A DNA stretch of 42,492 nt, taken from contig CAYPNR010000007.1 of the NCBI GenBank assembly GCA_964412125.1, positions 1 through 42,492 of the forward strand, given 5' to 3'. Made by a program: the position numbers and the translations under genes. Position 1 is the stretch's first letter. Each line of letters begins with the position of its first letter. This stretch comes from an uncultured Planctomycetota bacterium. GTDB lineage: Bacteria > Planctomycetota > SKW154. This document shows positions 17,877 through 24,254 of this stretch, one piece after another. The notes below the pieces were generated by a model. That model searched no databases and was not told where the DNA came from. It was given only the letters and a program-made list of their open reading frames with translations.

Positions 17877-18497
17877 GTGAGACACGGACTTTTCGGCGGC
17901 AGTTTCGATCCGCCGCACGTCGGACACATCGAGACGGCGCGCCGCGCGCGCGCGGCGTTCGACCTGCGGCGCGTGACGTTCGTCGTGGCCGCGTGGCCGC
18001 CGCACAAGGGCGCGGAGCGTCGCGCGTCGTTCGCGCACCGCGCCGCCATGACACGCCTGGCCGTCTCCGACCTGTCCTGGGCGGAGGTCGACGAGAGCGA
18101 GGCGGAAAGAGAAGGTCCCTCCTACACGATCCACACGCTGCAGGACTGGCGTCGGCGGGCGCCCGAGGACGAATTGTTCTTCATAATCGGCAGCGACTCG
18201 CTGGCGGAGTTGCCGTACTGGCACAGGATTTCGGAAGCGCTGGAGGCGGCGCGTTTCGTGACGGTGGCGCGGGACGGCTTCGACGAGACGATCTTCGAGC
18301 GTCTCGCGGCGGCGCTGGGAGAGAAGGCGGTCGAACGCATGAGACGGGACACGATTCGACTGGAGCCCGTCCGCGTCTCCAGCACCGAGGTGCGTCGGCG
18401 GATAGCCGCCGGCGAGCCCTGGAGCGAACTGGTGCCGCCGTGCGTCGCGCGTTACGTGCGCGATCACAACCTTTATGCTACGCGAAGGCCGTCCTGA
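17877..18497 (+). CDS. nadD: Nicotinate-nucleotide adenylyltransferase
   Basis: GLFGGSFDPPHVGH ((H/T)xGH motif), PPHK, SSTEVRRRI. GTG start. Confidence 0.9.
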   Translation: MRHGLFGGSFDPPHVGHIETARRARAAFDLRRVTFVVAAWPPHKGAERRASFAHRAAMTRLAVSDLSWAEVDESEAEREGPSYTIHTLQDWRRRAPEDELFFIIGSDSLAELPYWHRISEALEAARFVTVARDGFDETIFERLAAALGEKAVERMRRDTIRLEPVRVSSTEVRRRIAAGEPWSELVPPCVARYVRDHNLYATRRPS

Positions 18498-18545
18498 GAC
18501 GTCAATATTAACGGGGGAGAGCGTCCGTCGCCTGGGAGCGTGCTC

Positions 18546-19040
18546 ATGCGGGAGCGAGAAGGCTTCACGTTGCTGGAGTTGATGCTGGCGCTGGTACTTC
18601 TCGGCGTCGCGGCGCTGGGCATAGTCGATCTGCTTTCGGTGACCGAGTCGCAGGGGCACGCTCTGCTCAACCGCGAAGCGGCGCTGCTCATCTGCCGCGA
18701 GCGGATAGAGCAACTCCAGAACGTGAGGGGGCTCGGCGAGGGAACCGGCTCCAATCCGGACGGCCCGTTTCTGCCGGCGTTCGACAAAGTCTGCGTGGAG
18801 CGGTTCGGCTCGCTGTGGCTGACCGAGAGCGACTACTACGCGGCCTCCGACGGCACGGCTCCCTCCCGCAGCGCGCTCGAGCCGGCCCGTCGCGTGGACG
18901 TGGTTACGCAGTTGAGATGGGTGGACGACCCGGCGGGGGGAGGCGTTCAGGACTATTTACTGGCCACGGTGACGGTGGTCTGGCGCGAGCGCGGCCGCAG
19001 GAACACGGTTTCCATATCGCGTTACGTGGCGTACAGGTAG
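18546..19040 (+). CDS. Prepilin-type N-terminal cleavage/methylation protein (small minor pseudopilin, GspI/H-like)
   Basis: MREREG|FTLLELMLALVLLGVAALG is a canonical class III signal: Gly-1, Phe+1 and Glu+5. ATG 18546 has GGGAG 8 nt upstream; the track start is GTG 18540. About 164 aa. Confidence 0.8.
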   Translation: MREREGFTLLELMLALVLLGVAALGIVDLLSVTESQGHALLNREAALLICRERIEQLQNVRGLGEGTGSNPDGPFLPAFDKVCVERFGSLWLTESDYYAASDGTAPSRSALEPARRVDVVTQLRWVDDPAGGGVQDYLLATVTVVWRERGRRNTVSISRYVAYR

Positions 19041-19049
19041 GGGGACGGG

Positions 19050-21350
19050 ATGCGCGGAACGACGCTTTTGGAGATACTTTTGGCGCTGGCGATAGCGGGA
19101 GCGGTCGGCGCGGGCATAGTGGCGGTGTGGTCGGTGTCGCTGTCGGTGAGCGAGCGGACCGACGCGGAGACCGCGCTGAGAAGCGACATGGCGGCGGCGC
19201 TCGAGCGAATGGCCGCCGATCTGCGCTGCTGCAGTCGACTGGTCGAGGCGTCCGCCGACGCGATCACCGTGACGCGACGCGAAGGCGTGGTGATCGGCAC
19301 CGAAGACGGCGTCCATCTTCTCAGCGACGGCGCTTCTTCATGGCGACGCATAAACGGTACGCCGCCGAACGACATTCCGGCCGGCGCGGCGATTCCGGCG
19401 CTGCTGTCGGAGGACGAAGGCTCAATTTTCGCGGGCGGCGCCGACGGCAACGTCTATCTCAGCACGGACCTCGGCAACACATGGCGCGCGACGGCGGTCG
19501 CCGGCGGTCCCATCGTCGCCGTCGCGCGCGCGCCCGACCGCACGCTCTACGCCCTCTGTCGTCAGCCTCCCGCGCTGTTCCGCTCCGACGACGACGGCGC
19601 GACATGGACGCCCTGCGCCGCTTTTCCGGATCCGCCCCCCGTCGCGAACGCGCTCTCGGTGCGTCCCGACGGCCGCGTCCTGGTCGGCACCGGCTGGACC
19701 GGCGCCGTCAACATGTTCGTCAGCGACGACCGCGGCGCTTCCTGGCGGACCGCCGGCGTCTTCTATCTGCCGCCGGACCGGTTCGCCTACCGCAGACGGA
19801 TACGCATCCGTAACAGAACCAACACCAATCTCACCGACTATCAGGTGCGTATCGAGGTGAAACACGAACCCGGCAAGATGCGCGCCGACTACGGCGACGT
19901 GCGCTTCAAGGCCGGACCGAATCCGTCCTCGGCGGACCTCTCCTACTGGATGGAGGACGCGGGCGTCGACAGGGCCGTTTTCTGGGTGAAAGTGCCGAGC
20001 ATCCCCCGCCGCCGAACGATAAGTATATGGATGTTTTACGGCAATCCGAGTCTGACCACCACCTCCGACATCAACGCGACCATGGAGCCGCAGTACATAA
20101 GGTACGACGGGCTGGGCTCCTGGGTGAACGAGGCCTGGAGCGAGCCGACTCTCACCGGCGGCGGTCAGTGGGTGGACCTGCAGTTCACTTTTCCGTACTG
20201 GCGGGAGCCCAAGAGTCGCGCGTATCTCTGCTTCTACGGCTATCTGCTGTTCGACCCCACCGCCGGAGTGGTGGACTCCAGCAACAGCGCCGACGAGTTC
20301 TACTCGCGCTGCATGGCGGCCGTGTTCTGGGACGACGCTCAGATAGGCGCCAGCGGCGACGGCGCCTATTTCGCCTCCTATCAGGACCGCGCTTTGTTCG
20401 AGTGGCGGCTCAGCAGAGTGATCTTCGGCCGTCGGGCCTGCACGGCGCAGGTCCAGGCCGAGATATGGCGCAACGGCGACCTTCGAATATCCACAAGACG
20501 CATCCGCGAGCGCTGGATACGATGGTCGCCGACTCTGGGCGTCTCACGCGGCGACGGCTCCGATTTCGATCTTCTGTACAACAACAGCACGCCGCCGCAG
20601 AACAGATCCTGGCTCTACGCCGTCCGCAAGATCGTCGACCCGGCGCCCACCGTCACCATAGACAACGAACAGGGCATGGGACCGGCTGTGACGGTACTGT
20701 CGCTGTACTGCACCGAAGGCGGACTGTCGATCGCCGGCACCGACCAGACCGGATACGTTTTCACCTCCGGCGACGGTCTGTTGTGGACGAGGACGACCGG
20801 CACCTTCGCCGCGACGGAAGCGACCGCGGTCTTCGCCGACGATCACGGACTGCTGCTGGCGGGAGCCGTGCCCAACACCGTTCTCTGGCGCTCGACCGAC
20901 GGCGGCGCCAACTGGAACGCCCTGCAGCAGATTCCGTCTTCGCAACGCATCAACGCCCTCGCGCCGGATCCGCTCGCCGGACTCTACGCCGCCTGTCAGA
21001 CGGCCGGCGCGACGCTCTTCACGCCGCTGGCGGGCTCGGTAATGAGTCCGCTGCCCGGCTCCGGTCTGAATCGGCATTTCGCGGTCGGCGTCGCTTACTC
21101 CCGCGTCCGTTTTCATCTCGACGCCGTCGACGGCTTCATGCGTACCGATCCCTATCGTTCGCTTCCGCTCGGCGGAAAACTGCTCTCGTCTTTGGCGATC
21201 ACCTACTTCGACGGCACCTTCAATCCGCTCTCGCCGGCCGACCAGAACGAACGCGACGCGGTCCGCTCGGTCACCGTCGAGGCGACGCTCGTCAAGGACG
21301 GCCACAGCGCCGTTCTCAGGACGTCCAACGCGCTGAGGGGACCGCGATGA
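19050..21350 (+). CDS. Giant pseudopilin-like protein: GspJ-like N- and C-terminal parts enclosing BNR/Asp-box repeats, a DUF2341 domain and a NIDO-like domain
   Basis: The N-terminus is MRG|TTLLEILLALAIAGAVG, followed by ALERMAADLR (GspJ-like). Asp-boxes: STDLGNTW, SDDDGATW, SDDRGASW, STDGGANW, plus degenerate SDGASSW and SGDGLLW. The DUF2341-like block is YRRRIRIRN..LTDYQVRI..YGDVRF..LSYWME..AVFWVKVPSIP..IWMFYGNPS. The C-terminus DAVRSVTVEATLVKDGHSAVLRTS is pseudopilin-like. Confidence 0.8.
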   Translation: MRGTTLLEILLALAIAGAVGAGIVAVWSVSLSVSERTDAETALRSDMAAALERMAADLRCCSRLVEASADAITVTRREGVVIGTEDGVHLLSDGASSWRRINGTPPNDIPAGAAIPALLSEDEGSIFAGGADGNVYLSTDLGNTWRATAVAGGPIVAVARAPDRTLYALCRQPPALFRSDDDGATWTPCAAFPDPPPVANALSVRPDGRVLVGTGWTGAVNMFVSDDRGASWRTAGVFYLPPDRFAYRRRIRIRNRTNTNLTDYQVRIEVKHEPGKMRADYGDVRFKAGPNPSSADLSYWMEDAGVDRAVFWVKVPSIPRRRTISIWMFYGNPSLTTTSDINATMEPQYIRYDGLGSWVNEAWSEPTLTGGGQWVDLQFTFPYWREPKSRAYLCFYGYLLFDPTAGVVDSSNSADEFYSRCMAAVFWDDAQIGASGDGAYFASYQDRALFEWRLSRVIFGRRACTAQVQAEIWRNGDLRISTRRIRERWIRWSPTLGVSRGDGSDFDLLYNNSTPPQNRSWLYAVRKIVDPAPTVTIDNEQGMGPAVTVLSLYCTEGGLSIAGTDQTGYVFTSGDGLLWTRTTGTFAATEATAVFADDHGLLLAGAVPNTVLWRSTDGGANWNALQQIPSSQRINALAPDPLAGLYAACQTAGATLFTPLAGSVMSPLPGSGLNRHFAVGVAYSRVRFHLDAVDGFMRTDPYRSLPLGGKLLSSLAITYFDGTFNPLSPADQNERDAVRSVTVEATLVKDGHSAVLRTSNALRGPR

Positions 21351-22657
21351 AGACGGGTTCGGCTCTGCTGCTGACGTTGCTGTTCATAACCGCCGTCGCG
21401 CTCATGGTCGGAGGACTGGCGAGCCGCGTGGTGGTCGGCGGTCGCGCCATCGTCGCTCAAACCGATCGCGCCGCCGCGCTCGCGACAGCCTACGCCGCCG
21501 CGACCCGCACGCGCTTCCGCCTCTCGCTCTCCGCCGACTGGGCCGCTTCGCCGCCGGACGCCCTCTTCACCGACGAGCCGTTTCCGGCCGACGGCCTCTA
21601 TACCGTCACGCTGGCCGAGCGCACCCGCGACGCGGTGACCGCCGTGATAGACGCGCGCTGGCGCGCCTCACGCGTGCTCGCGCGCGCCCGTATCCGGCGG
21701 AACACCGACTGGTGGGACTTCAACTGGACGCGGAGAAGACCCATCATCATAACCAACTCGTCCTCACAGGACCTGGTGGACTATCAGGTGCGGATCGTGG
21801 TGCCGCGTCATCAGGGGATGCGCGCCGACTACGGCGATATGCGTTTCGTGGCCGGCGGCTCGACGCTCCCCTACTGGGTGGAGTACTCCGACGCGAACTC
21901 GGCCGTCGTCTGGGTGCGCGTTCCGGGAATTCCCGCCAACTCGACCGCCACCGTCTATCTCTACTACGGCAATCCGTCCGCGACCGGACAGTCGTCCTTC
22001 GCCGCGACAATGGAGCCGGTCTACAACTGCTATCCGGTCAGCATTCCGTGGACGAACCGGCCGGACAACAATCCGTACATGCGAGCGCTGCGGGAGGGAC
22101 GCACCTACACCCTGCCCTGGCGGTTTCCGTACTGGGGGCAGTTCAAGGACGAGGTCTACATCACGACTCTCGGATACCTGCTGTTTCAGCCGACGCCGTA
22201 CCAACTGCTGCGGAACAACTCGACCGACGGCATGAGCAGCCGTCAGATGGTGGCGGCGTTCTGGGACGACACGCGCGCCGACGTGGTCTTCGGCGTCTGT
22301 GAGAATCCCGGCGTCTACGTCTACCAGCAGAACGACCGTCTGTTCATAGACTGGGAGGTGGTTCACTATCTGTACTGGTGGCGACGGGTCCGCGCCTCCA
22401 TGAAGTTTCAGGTGTTTCTCTACCGCTGCGGCGACATACGACTGGTGCGCGGCGTCTACGGCGGACGTCCGTCGCCGACGCTCGGCGTCTCGCGCGGCGA
22501 CGGAACATACATAGACATCACCGGCCAGTGGAGGACGCGCACGTCGTGGCTGTTCGCGCAACGGAAATACGTGGAGCCAGAGCCGACCGCGGCGACAGGC
22601 GCCGAAGAGTACGCGGCGACCTCCGTCATAACCGACTGGACCGAGTCACATCCCTGA
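21347..22657 (+). CDS. PilX/GspK-like N-terminal anchor protein carrying a DUF2341 plus NIDO-like module
   Basis: ATG 21347 overlaps the upstream TGA (ATGA), within track ORF 20027..22657. The N-terminus MKTGSALLLTLLFITAVALMVGG is PilX_N-like. Residues from about 125 onward are paralogous to residues 246-535 of the preceding protein. Confidence 0.75.
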   Translation: MKTGSALLLTLLFITAVALMVGGLASRVVVGGRAIVAQTDRAAALATAYAAATRTRFRLSLSADWAASPPDALFTDEPFPADGLYTVTLAERTRDAVTAVIDARWRASRVLARARIRRNTDWWDFNWTRRRPIIITNSSSQDLVDYQVRIVVPRHQGMRADYGDMRFVAGGSTLPYWVEYSDANSAVVWVRVPGIPANSTATVYLYYGNPSATGQSSFAATMEPVYNCYPVSIPWTNRPDNNPYMRALREGRTYTLPWRFPYWGQFKDEVYITTLGYLLFQPTPYQLLRNNSTDGMSSRQMVAAFWDDTRADVVFGVCENPGVYVYQQNDRLFIDWEVVHYLYWWRRVRASMKFQVFLYRCGDIRLVRGVYGGRPSPTLGVSRGDGTYIDITGQWRTRTSWLFAQRKYVEPEPTAATGAEEYAATSVITDWTESHP

Positions 22658-22670
22658 GGCGCATCACCGC

Positions 22671-23300
22671 ATGAGGCCGAAAACGAGACGAAAAGAGAGT
22701 TCGCCTTCACGAAGAGCCGACGAGTCGGCGCCGCGGAGCGGACGCGCGAGTCGCGCGGCGGCGCTTCTCGTCCTGGCGGTCGCGTCTCTTGCGACGGGCG
22801 CGTGCGCGCCGCCGCCCGAGAGAGGCTTTTCAATTCCCGAGTCCGGGGCGCCCATCCGGCGTTTCGCCCGCGTCGACGACGGTCTCTATCGCGGCGCCTA
22901 TCCCGTCGGCCGTCTCGACTTCCTCAAAAGACGCGGCATACGCACGGTCGTCAACCTCCGCTCGGCCCACGACTATCGCGCCGAGGCGGAGGCCGCAGGA
23001 CTCAACTACGTCCATATTCCCCTCTCCGCGAGCAAGCCGCCGCCCGCCGAAGCCGTCCGCAGGTTTCTGGCCGTCGTGACCGATCCGGCGAACCGTCCCG
23101 TGTACGTGCACTGCCGCCGCGGCGCCGACAGGACCGGCGCGATGGTGGCCGTCTATCGAATCGCCGTCTGCGGGTGGAGCGCCGAACGGGCCGTCCGCGA
23201 AATGGAGAGTTTCGGCTTCGCGAGCCTGCTCTACGGCCGACTGCGGAAGTACGTGCTCCACTGGCGTCCGCAAGGGGCGCCGGCGCCCGCGTCGCGCTGA
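22671..23300 (+). CDS. Exported (lipoprotein-signal) CX5R protein tyrosine/dual-specificity or PTP-like phosphatase
   Basis: The signal carries lipobox LATGAC. The P-loop is VHCRRGADRTG (HCX5R(S/T)). The fold resembles SIW14/PFA-DSP-type small phosphatases. It starts 13 nt after the preceding gene. Confidence 0.85.
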   Translation: MRPKTRRKESSPSRRADESAPRSGRASRAAALLVLAVASLATGACAPPPERGFSIPESGAPIRRFARVDDGLYRGAYPVGRLDFLKRRGIRTVVNLRSAHDYRAEAEAAGLNYVHIPLSASKPPPAEAVRRFLAVVTDPANRPVYVHCRRGADRTGAMVAVYRIAVCGWSAERAVREMESFGFASLLYGRLRKYVLHWRPQGAPAPASR

Positions 23301-23338
23301 CGCGTCCGCGGACGGGACGCGTAAAGCGCCGGCGCGCT
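23301..23338 (+). terminator. Two GC-rich hairpins after the phosphatase gene (no U-tract)
   Basis: CGCGTCC-N7-GGACGCG (23301..23321) and AAGCGC-cggc-GCGCTT (23323..23338). There is no T-run, so intrinsic termination is uncertain. The second hairpin abuts the -35 element of the next promoter. Confidence 0.25.
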
Positions 23339-23365
23339 TGACAGACGAAACGGGCGGCGTAAAAT
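23338..23365 (+). promoter_or_regulatory. Sigma-70-like promoter of the PNP/ileS unit (TTGACA-N16-TAAAAT)
   Basis: TTGACA at 23338..23343 and TAAAAT at 23360..23365. The GGGAGGAG RBS and ATG 23396 follow. Confidence 0.45.
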
Positions 23366-23395
23366 CCTCAACGCCGGTGGGAGGAGACCCGCAAA

Positions 23396-24235
23396 ATGGG
23401 ACTGTACGAACGCGTGCGCGAGGCGACCGACTTCGTCCGAAAAAGGCGGGCGCACGAGCCTGAGTGGGCGATAATCCTGGGGACCGGGCTCGGCGACCTC
23501 GAAAAACACGTCTCCGACGCCACGGTCGTGCCGTACGAGGAAATTCCCCATTTCGTCCGCTCCACACTCGAGACGCACGCGGGACGACTGGTGCTGGGGA
23601 ACCTCGCCGGAGAGCCGATCGTGATGATGAGCGGAAGATTTCATCTCTACGAAGGCTACGACACCGAACAGGTGACGTTTCCGGTTCGCGTGATGCGTGC
23701 GCTGGGCGCGCGACGCCTGCTCATATCGAACGTCTCCGGCGGACTGAATCCGGACTACGACAAGGGAGACATCGTGATAATCGATGACCACATAAACCTG
23801 CTGGGCGTCAACCCGCTGGCGGGGCCGAACGACGAGCGTCTGGGACCGAGATACCCGGACATGTGCGAGCCGTACAGCCGCAGACTGACGGAGGCGGCGG
23901 GCCGGATATGCGCCGAGGAGAAAATACCGCATCGCTTCGGCGTGTACGCGGCACTCCTCGGGCCGAGCCTGGAGACGCGCGCGGAGTACCGTTTCCTGCG
24001 CACCATCGGCGCGGACTGCGTCGGCATGAGTACGGTGCCGGAGGTGATCGTGGGCGTCCACGCGGGCTTCGAGATCGCGGCGTTCTCCATCATCACCGAC
24101 ATGTGCATTCCGGAGACGCTCGAGCCGGTCTGCATAGAGTCGATAATCAAGGTCGCCGCGGAAGCGCAGCCCCGTCTCGTACGACTGGTGGAGCGGCTGG
24201 TCGGCGAGGGCGACGGCGAGGACGCCGCATCATGA
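23396..24235 (+). CDS. punA: Purine nucleoside phosphorylase (trimeric PNP/MTAP family, inosine-guanosine type)
   Basis: ILGTGLG, GRFHLYEGY, FPVRVM, ISNVSGGLNP, GMSTVPEV. 279 aa. Confidence 0.92.
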   Translation: MGLYERVREATDFVRKRRAHEPEWAIILGTGLGDLEKHVSDATVVPYEEIPHFVRSTLETHAGRLVLGNLAGEPIVMMSGRFHLYEGYDTEQVTFPVRVMRALGARRLLISNVSGGLNPDYDKGDIVIIDDHINLLGVNPLAGPNDERLGPRYPDMCEPYSRRLTEAAGRICAEEKIPHRFGVYAALLGPSLETRAEYRFLRTIGADCVGMSTVPEVIVGVHAGFEIAAFSIITDMCIPETLEPVCIESIIKVAAEAQPRLVRLVERLVGEGDGEDAAS

Positions 24236-24254
24236 GCGTTAAGGAGCGGAAGCG

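Noticed and set aside
18219-18233. TGGCACaggatTTCG, a sigma-54-like motif about 320 nt upstream of the pseudopilin operon
   Set aside because: The -12 element reads TTCG rather than TTGC, so the invariant GC is missing. The site lies inside the nadD coding sequence.
16481-18713. Plus ORFs of 676 aa and 332 aa, and the 502-aa minus ORF, over the lipoprotein/nadD region
   Set aside because: Their composition is Arg/Pro/Ala-dominated, and they overlap the nadD and lipoprotein frames, which have real motifs. They are shadow ORFs.
20544-20552. RGD motif conserved in both DUF2341/NIDO-like modules (also at about 22490)
   Set aside because: It is embedded in the conserved block TLGVSRGDG, which fits the generic vG.s.GdG end of the NIDO-like pattern. 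There is no basis to call it an integrin-type adhesion motif in a bacterium.
19785-22582. The two similar DNA segments as a template/variable repeat pair of a diversity-generating retroelement
   Set aside because: The similarity is protein-level paralogy with scattered synonymous and non-synonymous differences, not near-identical 100-150 bp repeats with adenine-specific changes. There is no reverse transcriptase in the window.
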